From Tetramitus jugosus (lineage: Eukaryota > Protista > Heterolobosea), in the NCBI GenBank assembly GCA_937625935.1, contig OW569344.1:620001-684000 (forward strand): a DNA stretch of 64,000 nucleotides, given 5' to 3'. A model generated the notes under the pieces. That model was not told where the DNA came from, did no database searches, and was given only the letters and a program-made list of their open reading frames with translations. Shown piece after piece: positions 1 to 11,729 of this stretch (position 1 is its first letter; each line of letters begins with the position of its first letter). A program made the translations under genes and the position numbers.

Positions 1-496
1 CTTCTTCTTCTTGTGGTTGTTGTGGTTGTTGTGGTTGCTCAACAACAACAGTATTGGATTCGGTTAAAGGAGCAGTTTCAGTCGTAGTAGTAGTAGCAGG
101 TGCAACGGGAGTAGTAGCTTTCGATGCATCTCCCTTTATTGCAGTAAAGTGCTTCATGACACTGTTCAAGAACATGATCAACACTTTTTCATCAAAATCG
201 TCACCTGCACTAAAATCCTCCACGTCCAACAATCTTTCAATTCCCGATTGTTCAGCAGTGTCCAACGCCCACTTGATTCTCTCTTCTCTGTTCATTGTGT
301 TGACAATATCAGATGATGACCAATCATTTGTTGATGTTGCTGATAATGTAGTTTGACTGTGAATCAGTGCAGCAATGGCCAATCCGTCACTCGTGAAACT
401 TGCGTTGAAATTTTCGACTGAAATGTTGTATGGTTCAGCGGATGTGATTGATTTGATCCATTTGGCAATGGCTTGTTTTTGTCTCTTTGTTGCCAT
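1..496 (-). CDS. Calponin-homology (CH2-type) domain protein, N-terminal part; runs off the window edge
   Basis: Not in the ORF track. Manual translation from the ATG at 496: MATKRQKQAIAKWIKS...VENFNASFTSDGLAIAALIH...WALDTAEQSGIERLLDVEDF...DEKVLIMFL. Fits the CH2 consensus (NF..S..DGLA..ALIH; AE..GI..LLD.ED; DEK). Confidence 0.8.
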   Translation of the reverse strand, partial: MATKRQKQAIAKWIKSITSAEPYNISVENFNASFTSDGLAIAALIHSQTTLSATSTNDWSSSDIVNTMNREERIKWALDTAEQSGIERLLDVEDFSAGDDFDEKVLIMFLNSVMKHFTAIKGDASKATTPVAPATTTTTETAPLTESNTVVVEQPQQPQQPQEEE

Positions 497-1022
497 GTTG
501 TTGATATTTTGTTATTGTTGTTTGTTATTGTTTGTTAATATAGATGGATATATTAGAGTCCGGTTGGTTGGTTGATGGAGGAAAGAAATGAATAGGTGGA
601 TATGTGACAGTACAGAGCAGCAATCGTTGTTGTGAATTAAAAAAAACAAAGAGTGTTGTTTTGTGTGGTGTGCTGCTTTGTGTTTTACGGAATTGTTTTT
701 TGTTGCCCTCTCAAACCTGTGACACCATGTTATTTTCTCTATGAGCGGATGTCAAGTGTCAATGCTGAAACTGGTTTTGATGTTTGATGTGAATGACAAC
801 CAGTCGACTACAATGATTCGAACAAGAGTCGGACTACTTTTTTGGCGCCAAAGTGTTCACCCAAGAACTCTTGTTGTATTGTAGCAATGAAATTCTTATC
901 TCAAGTTCTTCAAATGTGATGTGAGTACACTCACATGAAGTCTCAACATTTGATCGGAAAATAGTCCTGGCGCTGAGGGATTCAACTTTGATTTGAACTC
1001 CATTGTTGTTAAGGGAAACAAG

Positions 1023-2534
1023 CTATTGGCCATTGATAAAGTCCATGATGGTTTTAGCTGCTTTTTCACCTCCATTGAATGTTTGGTTGTGATTACTAGG
1101 GGATTCATTGTGATAATTGACTATTTCCTGAGCACTTTGGAACAAGTACTCGCTTGCTTGCAATACATCGCTCGTCATTTGCACGTATTTACAACGATTA
1201 GGACCTAAAGAATCCAGCAAAGCGCTTTCCAGAAGAAAATGCTCACAGAAGCCAGGTCTATCGGTGTACAGAACTCCCTTTAGCATTGATGCAGATGAGT
1301 TTCTCTGGGCAGTCAATGCCAAAATCTCTGATACAATGCCATATCCAGTCTTGCAACAAATTACATCTACAACGGACATGACATCGATCATACTGATGTT
1401 GTTGCTTGTTAGTGCATCATGAGACAGAAATAAAAGTGTGGGATGCTTTCCTTCATACTGTAAATTGATGATCACCTTCCAATTCTTTGGTAAGGATTGA
1501 TGTGACCACCATTGCTCAATATACTTATCGTCGACTAATGTTTGCTGCAGCTCTTTTCCTCCTCCAAAACTAAAGAGCATCAAGTTGCAATCGCGGTCAA
1601 TAATCTCATCAGGAAACATTGCTTGCAATATCTTTTGCTTCTTCCGCTCGAGTAACAGAGCTGATCCATCATTATCATCCACGTGCTTGTTGGCTGACGA
1701 CGCTTGAGAAACATGCACACCTGATAGCCACGAATCCAAATCAACTTGCAACACACCAGGATCACTCAATCCAGGTATTCCTCGGGCACAATACGGCAAA
1801 CGAATAAACATGTTCGTGCTGGCATATGCATCTGTTTGCAATTGTATCACTTGTTGCAAACTGTTCATTTTTTCCGATGAGAGACTCTGTCCTTCGAAAT
1901 ACTCACAATTGGAGTCTCCCGAAATGCAATGCGTCAACCAGTCAGAATACAACCAATTCCATGCAAAATTACTAACGGCAACACTGGGCACACCCATCTC
2001 CCTAGCTACCAACGGTGCCAATGGTGTTATATCATAAATGATACCACTCACACGACGACAACAGCCATCAAACTGCGACCGCAGTTCATTCACCATGTGA
2101 TTCACTCGATTTGTTCTCTCCTTTTCATCCAACCAAAATCTCTCTAGTGCACTCACTGTTTTTTCCATGTCGACCACCAGTTCCTTCTTCTTATTCATCA
2201 TGTGTCCATCATCATCAATAATATTCTTGTCCACTCCTTTACTTACACTGCAAACATCTTGCAAAACTCCGACATCGACCTGAAAAGACACAATACGGAC
2301 TCGGGAATCGAACCAATGACCACCGATTCTCTCTCGTAAAAACCATTGAGGCACAGAAGTCACAACCACAATAAACACATCAGAATACAGTGTCAATAGT
2401 TGATGAATGAGCTCAGAAGAACGTGCAGCATGTCCGAATCCATGATCCGTGATAAAGTAGGCAATGATTCTAGTTGTTGTTGTTGATTGGTTGTTGTTGA
2501 CTATGGGTTGTTGTTGTGTTGTTGTCATAGTCAT
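1023..2534 (-). CDS. GT-B glycosyltransferase-like protein (L-arabinokinase N-terminal domain type)
   Basis: Motifs AYFITDHGFGHAARS, SNFAW and KTGYGIVSE; first ATG at 2534. Confidence 0.7.
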   Translation of the reverse strand: MTMTTTQQQPIVNNNQSTTTTRIIAYFITDHGFGHAARSSELIHQLLTLYSDVFIVVVTSVPQWFLRERIGGHWFDSRVRIVSFQVDVGVLQDVCSVSKGVDKNIIDDDGHMMNKKKELVVDMEKTVSALERFWLDEKERTNRVNHMVNELRSQFDGCCRRVSGIIYDITPLAPLVAREMGVPSVAVSNFAWNWLYSDWLTHCISGDSNCEYFEGQSLSSEKMNSLQQVIQLQTDAYASTNMFIRLPYCARGIPGLSDPGVLQVDLDSWLSGVHVSQASSANKHVDDNDGSALLLERKKQKILQAMFPDEIIDRDCNLMLFSFGGGKELQQTLVDDKYIEQWWSHQSLPKNWKVIINLQYEGKHPTLLFLSHDALTSNNISMIDVMSVVDVICCKTGYGIVSEILALTAQRNSSASMLKGVLYTDRPGFCEHFLLESALLDSLGPNRCKYVQMTSDVLQASEYLFQSAQEIVNYHNESPSNHNQTFNGGEKAAKTIMDFINGQ

Positions 2535-3001
2535 GAAGATGATTTGATTGCAAATGTGGTCGTTGTTGTTTTTTTGAGTTCTGACGCGCACCAAACAGGT
2601 ATCCACAGCCTGTGACCGAGCGCTAAATCAGTCTGCTGAGTAATTATGTGGCTTGAGTTTGAACGTCAGTTTTTTTTGAGCTCTGAGGAGAGGAAGAGAT
2701 AATCGTTCAAAGGCATGTCGAGAGAATGTTGGAGCTTCTTTTCAGACAGACACCGTGTGTTGTTTGAGTACCAAAAGAGCGAACAGGTTTTTCGGTTCTC
2801 TTCCAATCAAAAACAATACCTTCCAAAAACTTCTTCGAAGATACGTGTTTTTTCAAGGTTTTTAGGCGGGGGTAAGGAGTTTGCAAACAACTCCTGCTCC
2901 GAGACACGAACTTATCGTTATAAAAGTGCAAGCATCAGCCAATGTCTATATTCCACACACAACAACAACAAGAAAACCAAAACAACTTGTAACATTATAC
3001 T

Positions 3002-3949
3002 ATGCTTAAACTATCTGCACTCTTAGTCGCCTTGTTCTGCTTGATGGGCGTTGCTTTCTCTGCCTTGTCATTGAATGACCCAGAGTTGATCCGAACTATT
3101 AATTCTCATCCTACTGCTGCTTGGAGAGCTACATCTTATGACAAGTTCGAAGGAAAGACCATTAGTGATGTTGGTCACATGTTTGGTGCTTATTTGACCA
3201 ATTCTATCAGACCATCCATGTACGCTGTTGATCAACCAACAGACAAGAGCACCCTGAGAAATATTCCAGACACCTTTGATGCACGTGACCAATGGCCAAA
3301 GTGTGTTCATCCAATTAGAAACCAACAACAATGTGGTTCCTGCTGGGCATTCTCATCTTCTGAGATGTTGAGCGATCGTTTCTGCATTGCATCCAATGGT
3401 ACCATCAACACTGTTCTCTCTCCTCAATTCATGGTCAGTTGTGATAAGTATGATATGGGATGCAACGGTGGTAACATGGACAGCTTGTGGAAGTTCTTGA
3501 CCACTACTGGAACTGTTGAAGACGATTGCTGGCCATACGTCTCCGGTAAGGGTAACGTTCCAAGCTGCAGAAACACTTGTGTCAATGGTGAAGCAATGAA
3601 GTTCTACAAGGCCAATCCAAAGTCTGTCAAGAACTTCCGTTCTGGTGATGTCAAATCTATTCAACAAGACATTATGACCAATGGTCCAATCATGTCTGGA
3701 TTCATGGTCTACCAAGATTTTATGCAATACTCATCTGGTGTCTACCATCACGTCAGTGGAAGCTTGTTGGGCGGTCATGCCATCAAGGTTGTTGGCTGGG
3801 GAGTCGACTCTCAATCAAAGTTGCCATACTGGATCATTGCTAACTCATGGGGAACAGACTGGGGAATGAATGGTTTCTTCTGGATCAAGAGAGGTTCCAA
3901 TGAGTGCCAACTTGAGCAGTACATGTACACTGCCGAGGCACAAGTGTAA
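3002..3949 (+). CDS. Cathepsin B-like cysteine protease (papain family C1A)
   Basis: Signal peptide and propeptide, FDARDQWP, QQQCGSCWAF (catalytic Cys), GGHAI (His), ANSWG (Asn). No His-His occluding loop seen. Confidence 0.95.
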   Translation: MLKLSALLVALFCLMGVAFSALSLNDPELIRTINSHPTAAWRATSYDKFEGKTISDVGHMFGAYLTNSIRPSMYAVDQPTDKSTLRNIPDTFDARDQWPKCVHPIRNQQQCGSCWAFSSSEMLSDRFCIASNGTINTVLSPQFMVSCDKYDMGCNGGNMDSLWKFLTTTGTVEDDCWPYVSGKGNVPSCRNTCVNGEAMKFYKANPKSVKNFRSGDVKSIQQDIMTNGPIMSGFMVYQDFMQYSSGVYHHVSGSLLGGHAIKVVGWGVDSQSKLPYWIIANSWGTDWGMNGFFWIKRGSNECQLEQYMYTAEAQV

Positions 3950-4230
3950 ATCTATTATTATTAAACCCAAAACATTGTAATTCCTTAATTCCTTAAACTA
4001 GTCAAGATGTTGCTTTGCATAGATCATCTGAGTTTACAACAACCCTGTGTGTGCCAAGCAGGAATCTCAAAGAGTAGTTTATTATCTCTTGGATAGTTCA
4101 TTCTCTGCCAAGCATACAGCTTGAACGGAAAGAACCTTTTGTGAGTTTCAGTATCTCCATGATTTCACCCCAACGTTCAGATTTCCTTCCGAAGCTCAAC
4201 AAAAAACAAAATCAAATATTATTTTGCATC

Positions 4231-6168
4231 ATGCCACATAGCTTTCGACGAAGAGATCAATCAACAACATCACCAACCTCACCACCACCAACAACCACCA
4301 CCACTGACAAAATCAGAAGCGAAAACAATGACAGTGCTATGAATGATGACCACCAATTGACCAACAACAACAACAACAACAGTAGTGCAGATCATCATTC
4401 AATCATTGACAATCATGGTGGTGATGAAACAGATGATAACAATGATATTGATGATGACGATGATGACGATGATGAAGATGAACAATTTTCACTCTTTTCT
4501 TATCCATTGAGTTCACTGTCTGATTCGTTAAATCAAACAAACAGTGCATTCTTGTCTTCCTCTCGTCAATTTCTAAACAATATCACTCGTTTTCAATTTC
4601 CTTCTTCGACGAGTCAATTGTTTTCTTCTTCATCATTGCCTTATCAATCATTGCTCGTCAATCATAGTAATGATGATCATGGTGAGAGTGGTGGTGATAG
4701 TGGTAGTAGTAGTAGTAGTCAGGTGAATATTCGATTACAGCAGAGACAACAATTGGGTACTCAACATGTGTTTTATTGTCCAATTATTACCACTACTACC
4801 ACAACAGAAGAAGAAATGGGTGAAAGAGGTGATGGAATGACAATGAGTAACAATGATGAGAATGATGGTGGTGGTTCAGCAGCAGAACATTTGGTGACGA
4901 TACCTCTGAAGAGTGGTGAACGAGTCTTGTACGCCACTCGTCCTCCCATTCAATTCTCAAAGAACATTTTACTGTTGTTTCTGTGTGCGCTTGTGGTTGT
5001 TAGTTTTGTGTTCTGGGTTCCCATGCATTGGATATCGTACTATAGTCGTGTCAAGTTGGTGCGCTACTTGTGGTTGAATCAGTTTGCTAACATGATACTC
5101 GCACTGTCCTATGTGTTTATTGTTGTGTATGCACTGTGTTTTCGGTTGCTCTATCGAAGGTTATGTACAGTGTACGCGATTACGAACAAGAGAGTGATTG
5201 TGATTGAGGGATCTCATCGATTCGAACAATTGCTGTTGTGGATTCGGAGACAATTGTTGAAGATGAATCCAAAGTTGTCTCGTTCGATTCATCTATTGAG
5301 TCGGTGCTTGTTTGGATTGAGATATGCAAGTAGAAGTAGTGGTAGTGGTGTTGATAGTGGTGTATCAAGAGATGGATACAGCTGTTTGAGTATGAGAGAT
5401 CGATATGGTATCAATGTTTCCTCTGTCGACTCGGACGACGACGACAACACCGATCAAGAAATGGAGATGAATCTGATGAATGAACCGCATCCAATGACGA
5501 GCGCATCATCCGAAGTAATGAGAGAGAGAAGTATGACCGGAAACAACAACCACTCATCGTCAGTGGTTATCGATGTAGATACACAGGAAGAAACGCCGAA
5601 CGAAGAGAAGAATGAAACGAGAGCAAGATCGCTGAGTTCTTTGACTAGATATGGATCAGAGGTCGACATGTCGAATTATGTGACTAGTTGGACATTCTCT
5701 GAGATTGGAGACTTGTATTTCATGCTCTATCATGGATTCAAGCACTCTAATCACATTCAAAACAACAACCCTATTACTGTCAATTCGAATGATTGCATGG
5801 GATCAGTCTATTTTGGATACAAGATTGATGCATACACTCTTCCATTCACTATCGTGACTCACGCGGTAGCTACTGGATTCTTGTTGGTTCCGAATGTGTA
5901 CAAAGTGTTAGATATTTTAATCAAACAGATCCAGATTGAATCGCCCCATGCACCTCCTCAAGCCAGGCTCGTTCGTTCGAAGAACGACTCAGCAGTCCGA
6001 TCTCATATCATATCTCGAACATATGCTTGCTGTGGTTTAGAGATTTGCTTCTGTTGCCCGGAGGATGACGTGAGGGGTAGATCTCAACGAACGAGGAGCA
6101 CAGCCGTTCTAGGAAAGATAACACAAGAAGATTACCGTAATCTAACTGTCAACTATACATTAATGTAA
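4231..6168 (+). CDS. Membrane protein with low-complexity N-terminus, two TM helices and a bacterial-PH-like YAITNKRVI motif
   Basis: Long ORF; two hydrophobic segments precede YAITNKRVIVI. Confidence 0.55.
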   Translation: MPHSFRRRDQSTTSPTSPPPTTTTTDKIRSENNDSAMNDDHQLTNNNNNNSSADHHSIIDNHGGDETDDNNDIDDDDDDDDEDEQFSLFSYPLSSLSDSLNQTNSAFLSSSRQFLNNITRFQFPSSTSQLFSSSSLPYQSLLVNHSNDDHGESGGDSGSSSSSQVNIRLQQRQQLGTQHVFYCPIITTTTTTEEEMGERGDGMTMSNNDENDGGGSAAEHLVTIPLKSGERVLYATRPPIQFSKNILLLFLCALVVVSFVFWVPMHWISYYSRVKLVRYLWLNQFANMILALSYVFIVVYALCFRLLYRRLCTVYAITNKRVIVIEGSHRFEQLLLWIRRQLLKMNPKLSRSIHLLSRCLFGLRYASRSSGSGVDSGVSRDGYSCLSMRDRYGINVSSVDSDDDDNTDQEMEMNLMNEPHPMTSASSEVMRERSMTGNNNHSSSVVIDVDTQEETPNEEKNETRARSLSSLTRYGSEVDMSNYVTSWTFSEIGDLYFMLYHGFKHSNHIQNNNPITVNSNDCMGSVYFGYKIDAYTLPFTIVTHAVATGFLLVPNVYKVLDILIKQIQIESPHAPPQARLVRSKNDSAVRSHIISRTYACCGLEICFCCPEDDVRGRSQRTRSTAVLGKITQEDYRNLTVNYTLM

Positions 6169-6191
6169 CTGTTTATGTGATGGGATGATCA

Positions 6192-8313
6192 TTAGATGGC
6201 AACATCTGAGTCTGAATCTTGTTCGTCATCTGGTTCTGGGGACTCATCAACGACGGCTGTCAGAATAGGAACTATGCTTGAATCCAATTGTGTCTTGTCT
6301 CTGCACCCTGTAACTCCAAGTAACCCGAATATCATCACGGATATTATTAAGAATAAGCAACATGGAGCAATTACAATAGCTACAACGGTTCCAATTATTA
6401 TATATCTCGCTTGTTGGAAAGTACGAGCAGGACCGCTATCCCACAAGGGTGATATTCCTGTTAACCTATCATACTTATCCCATAGTTGACTAAATTGGAA
6501 TTCAGCATCCTCAGTCTTGTTGATGCAGAGAGTGGATGGGGCGACTGTGGAATTTTTGATAAAGTTAATCATAATGTTAAGTGCACATAACTCATCACCA
6601 ACTCCTTGAGCTGCATGGTAGACCACCCCATGCAAAGCATTGGGCGCCACTACTAAGTAGTTGTTGGTTCTGTTGTAGATCTGATTCCATGAGTCTAAAA
6701 ATGAGAAGGCTGTAGTTGTCTAGTGTTAGTGGCTGGTTCAACCTTTCAAACAGAGTCGATATCAATACATACGTGTGATGGGATCTAGGGAACTCTGGAT
6801 TGTTAGAACTGGTTTCATATGGTCAGTAGGATTCGTTTCAGTCGTATCCACGTATCTCTTTGATGAAAAAGCTATTGATCTCTGTGTAAGCTTTTTGGAC
6901 AGGTTGGCATTAAAGTACGTACTATTGTGGAATTCATTCCAATATTCTGTACTATATTGCACTGGGTATCGTGTTAGTTCGGATACTGTGATTATATTAA
7001 ATATTGGCGATGAGTATGGTGAAGGACCGTTGGCACCAAGCTTAAGATCATAACTATCATCTAATTTGAGCTTGACAACAAACTCGCCGAGATTTGTTAA
7101 CCAGTTTCGATCCCTCTTGGAGCATCTAGCTAAACGATAAAAAGTAGGAAACACTAATCTTCGATAGTACTTGTGGAGAAGGAATCGAGCCATTAATTTA
7201 GATATTGCATCAGGAGTATACACCGTTCCAACACAAGCGGTATTTTTGTCTGCTTGCTTCTTCATGACAGATGCCAAGGCAGAATCAACACTCTTACTCA
7301 TCATCTTCATGAATCTACCGTTACAATCCTCTGAAGCACGACATAGCCGAAGCAACTTCTCACCAGTCTCTAGAAAATCCTTGTCTCTCTCGTTCGAGTC
7401 TGCATCAGGAGGCACGACTGAGTCAAATATCGATATGTTGACAGTATTTGGTGATAACGTTAAAATTCGGTTCTTAATGAGAAGATAAACTTGTGTTAGA
7501 TGGAGATCTGTGACAACCAAATCATCATGAATCACTTACCAGGAGGAAACTTCCATAGGATGCTCCATATACTGCAAAAATGGAATCTGAGCTCGGTTTG
7601 GTAATCGATTGCAGATGTAGTACATCTTTCGCTGCATTCGTTGTTCCCCATTCGCTCAAAGCGCCCGAATATCTCTTCTCAATCTCGTCCCAACATTGCT
7701 CTGCATCTGTTAAATTATTAGTATCAAACGATCCAGTCTCACATTCAAGATAGCTCGATCTGGCAGTTCCTCTCTGATCAGGAAGCATAATGTCATAAGT
7801 GACGAGTTCATCTCGTAGGGTCGTTGCCATAATATCGAATGAATCTCCACCATAACCTGGTCCCCCTTGCAAGAGCCACAACTGCCCTACAGCAGGTCTC
7901 TTCTTGGCAGAGAATTTCTTCACGAACACGCTCACCTTTCTGCCATCTGAATTATTGTTCCAAGAGAATGGCAAGTCTACAAATGTGCACAATGCAGTTG
8001 GAGTAGCACTCGTGGCCATATTTTCCGTGCCACGCTCAATATCTTCATCAAACATTCGCGAATTCTTCATCACATATGAGTTCTCCATGGACTGGATCTC
8101 GGGCAGGTCGGTTATCTTGACTTCCGTGATCTCTGTGGTTGTCGGAGGAGGTGGAGGATTTGTAATTGCCTCACAAGTCTTCCATGTAACTGTTTTTGCA
8201 GGTTCAAATGCATGAACTGAACTACAAACAATAATAGCAAAGAATAATAGCAACAACAATGGAAATGTAGGATTCACGAATTTCACAATCGGCATTCTTT
8301 TCGTGCTCGACAA
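6192..8313 (-). CDS. Secreted/membrane-anchored alpha/beta hydrolase (S33, TAP-like peptidase), multi-exon
   Basis: Signal peptide, LLQGGPG, DQRGT, nucleophile motif GASYG. GTAAGT donor at 7539; three ORF pieces ending in a C-terminal TM helix. Confidence 0.75.
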
Positions 8314-8770
8314 TGAGGTGAAACGAATAGTACGGTGTTAACTCCTCTGATTTAGAGTTGAGAGATTTTATACTGTTTGAACCTTTTGTCTTGCAAGACG
8401 AACTGAATGATGTTGCTTCGGAAACCGCGATGCAAACGTGAGAAAAAAGGTGAGAAAACAAGAAAACTGTAGAGTTGCGAACTGACATCGGACGAGAAAG
8501 CGGTAACACACTACATTTTTGGGAGTCAAATATTTTTAGCAATTGGTTTTAAATGCATCAGATAGATCTTATCTGTCCGGACTCTCAGGTCTTTGTCTCC
8601 TCCAACAACAACAGAACAAAAATATCAGAGGTATAGATTTATTTTGCTCTCATCTGTGATCATAGACAACAAATCTGTACATTGCTAGCAGCTTTTAATC
8701 ACCACAAAACAACCATTGAAAAACCTAGGGTGAAAAAACAAACAAGCATAACCCACAGTGCACTGACAAC

Positions 8771-9328
8771 ATGGCAAGAGTACTCACTGGTGTGAAAGCA
8801 TGGTATCTGGATACCATGGAACCTGTATCTATTGAACAATTGGAACTTCTCGGAATTCAAGCATGGCACATTGACCACAACGACTCTGAATCATTGAACA
8901 ACATGTGTAAAAAGTTTCATGTTGACAAGCGGTCTCAAGTCATTATCTCCAAGAAGGAAACACCAGATATGTTCCTAAAACAACTCACTGCTGAACATTT
9001 GCATGAGAATGATGAGTTGAGGTATGTGACGGAAGGTAGTGGTTATTTGGATGTGAGGGACAGTGAGGATCGATGGATACGATACCATATGCAAACAGAG
9101 CACTTTTCGATTGTGCCCACAGGTATTTATCATCGTTTCCTATTGGATGAGAATGTGCATTTCAAGGCACTGCGATTGTTCAATGGTCAGATGAGTCCTA
9201 CGAGGAAAGCATTCCATCGAGACGAGGAATCAACGGATGAACTACCTGCAAGAACCTACTACATTCAGAAATATCTAAATCCACTGAAAAACAAAAAAGT
9301 TAACGGCAAGTTGTCCTCTACAGCCTGA
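8771..9328 (+). CDS. ADI1: Acireductone dioxygenase (methionine salvage)
   Basis: EHLHENDELRY...GSGYLDVRD..DRWIR...PTGIYHRF cupin metal-binding motifs. Confidence 0.9.
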   Translation: MARVLTGVKAWYLDTMEPVSIEQLELLGIQAWHIDHNDSESLNNMCKKFHVDKRSQVIISKKETPDMFLKQLTAEHLHENDELRYVTEGSGYLDVRDSEDRWIRYHMQTEHFSIVPTGIYHRFLLDENVHFKALRLFNGQMSPTRKAFHRDEESTDELPARTYYIQKYLNPLKNKKVNGKLSSTA

Positions 9329-9412
9329 CCCTGTTGTATTCTAACATCGGAAAAATTTCAACTTTTGACCAAAATAAAAAAAGCAACTGTTCAATCAAAT
9401 CACAAACAAAAC

Positions 9413-9847
9413 ATGAAGCAAGAGGATTTGAGAAGTGTAGTAAAGGGTTATGTTGGCTGGGTCATCACACTGCTTCTCGCTCTAATCTACTCTCTGTGGT
9501 GTCTTGTTCCCGACTCGTTTCTCCGGCAGCATTTTGTTCTTTCGCGCCATTTTCTGCCCGACAAGTATTGGTCAATGGCCATACCGGCGTGCATGTGCTG
9601 TTTCTACATGTGTCTCTATTTTGTAAACACATTCTGGGTTCATTATAAGAATCACGAGTTGGATTCGTTGCGTGTGATTCAAGATGGACACACGGTTTAC
9701 CTGCCCAGCGATTGTATTCGAAGCAGAAGACCAACCAATAAGCAAAACAAGGATCATGAAAAGAATGTTGTGTTGCCTGAGATCCCTCTCATCAAAGACA
9801 TTCCTATCCATCAATACAGTCGGATCATGTATCATGTTCGACAATGA
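9413..9847 (+). CDS. PIGP: GPI-GlcNAc transferase subunit P
   Basis: GYVGW...LW.LVPD..L...PDKYWSMAIP, two TM helices, C-terminal DIPI. Confidence 0.85.
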   Translation: MKQEDLRSVVKGYVGWVITLLLALIYSLWCLVPDSFLRQHFVLSRHFLPDKYWSMAIPACMCCFYMCLYFVNTFWVHYKNHELDSLRVIQDGHTVYLPSDCIRSRRPTNKQNKDHEKNVVLPEIPLIKDIPIHQYSRIMYHVRQ

Positions 9848-9913
9848 GATATTTTGTACCATAGTAAAAAGCATAGATTGTAGATTGTTAATACAATGAT
9901 CGTTTAATTAAAC

Positions 9914-11490
9914 TTAGTCTCTCTTGACCTTGTCTCCAGTGAACAGGAATACAACGACAAACACGAGGAATCCAGCCATGCTAGAGAACACACTGATATA
10001 GTATGGGTAAGCAGCAGGGATGAATCTCTCAAATTCGTTGATTCTTGTTGGTCGGATCGTGATGGCATCCTCAAAGATTAAACTGGCATATCCAGTTCTT
10101 CTGTAGTCAACCTTGAACTTGAAGCATCCATACACATCTGGTGCACGGATATCAGCCTCATACTTTCCATTGCCAACATGCTTCAACACTGTTCTGACAT
10201 AAGGATGGAGCATAATCAAATCCACTTGAATATCATCGGCAACAAATGGTACCCACTTGTCTCCTACCCACTCTTCAACAATGACAGTGTAAACAACCTC
10301 GTCACCTACTCTGTATTCGCTTGGTTGAACAGTGTGATCACCTTGCTTGTTATAATGGAACACTTGTCTGTGTCTCAAGACACCTCTCTCTTGGAATGAC
10401 CATTGGATCAACTCTTGAGCAAAGGCAGCGTTACCAGAAGGCTTTGATGCACTGCTGGATGATTGAGTGACAGATGCTTCAAAATACTTGTCACTCAACA
10501 AGTCCTTTGAACCGACAAAGGTAATTCTAGCACCGTTTCTGGCTTGGAGACCACCAACGAGAACAGTTTTGCGTCCTCTGACCAAAGGCTTTGTCTGAAT
10601 GGCTTCACTACCACTGTGAGAGTAAGATGTGCCTGAACCAGTCAAAATTGGCAACAACAATGGATTGCTTCTCTTGAGTGAAATGGCCAATCTACACCAA
10701 TATCAATGATAGAAACAAAAATTTGTCCAACATCTGTTGTTAGCTTTTTGATCTTAGTATAAAAAAATCAGACAAGGAATGATCGTGTTCACACACAACA
10801 CCAACAAAGCAAAGACAAACACACTTACCCATTGTACAAAACTGGATTCTGAGTGAATTGTCTTCTGTTGCTAATGACAGATGGTCTTGGAGAGAATTCA
10901 TATTCTTGGTTCAAAACGAGAACATTGTGCTTTCCATTGTCCAACTTGAGATCGTAAGAGAAGTGATCAATAGCACGAGTGCTATCATCATCAAACTGGA
11001 CACCACTCTCTGCACCAACGTCTCTCAATAGCTTTGACAATGCACCATCAGCAACAATCATGACATTGTTGCCATCATCGACAAACTTGTCGATCGCTTG
11101 AGTGCTGAGTGGTCCTAGAGCTATTTTTCATTGTTGGTAAGATGATGAAGGCGATCACAAAAAAAATGATGAGCACAGTGAAGATCAAATGAGAAGAAAA
11201 AAGTGGAATGACATACATGAAGCTTTTGGTGCCATGATGATCAAGTGATCATAGTTGTACTCTCCAAATTGAGAAAGCTTGATGGCATGTGCTTGAGCAG
11301 CAAGATAATAGTCCAAATGATGTCCCTTGGATTGCAGTTGAGCAAAGAATCTGCTGTGAGAGTTTCTCACATCTTGACTATCAATCACAACGAGGGTTCT
11401 CTTGAGATTAGGAACGCGACATAGTACAGGGCTTGTGCAAATGAAACAGAAAACCGCCAACAGAGCGAAAAGAACGATTTGCTTGATCAT
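9914..11490 (-). CDS. WBP1: Oligosaccharyltransferase 48-kDa subunit, multi-exon
   Basis: Signal peptide, FGEYNYDHLII, IDHFSYD, LQARNGAR..F.GS, PDVYG.FKFKVDY.R.GY, ERFI.AAYPYY plus TM and K.R. tail, spread over three ORF pieces. Confidence 0.93.
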
Positions 11491-11729
11491 TTTTGTTGTT
11501 TGGTGATCCAATTCTTTGTAATCTCTGATTTCGTTGAAGGTTCACCCTGAGGCGATGCCGGCGAATCTACAAAAAAGGAAGGTAAAATAGACTTAATCTG
11601 TGGGGGCTGTTGTCAGACATGAAGGACGGATACTGACAGCTCACCCGATGTCCCAATTAAACAATACGAAAAGCCACCCACCTCTATCACTCACTGCAAA
11701 TCATATTTGTTGAGTTCAGAAAGAGAGGC

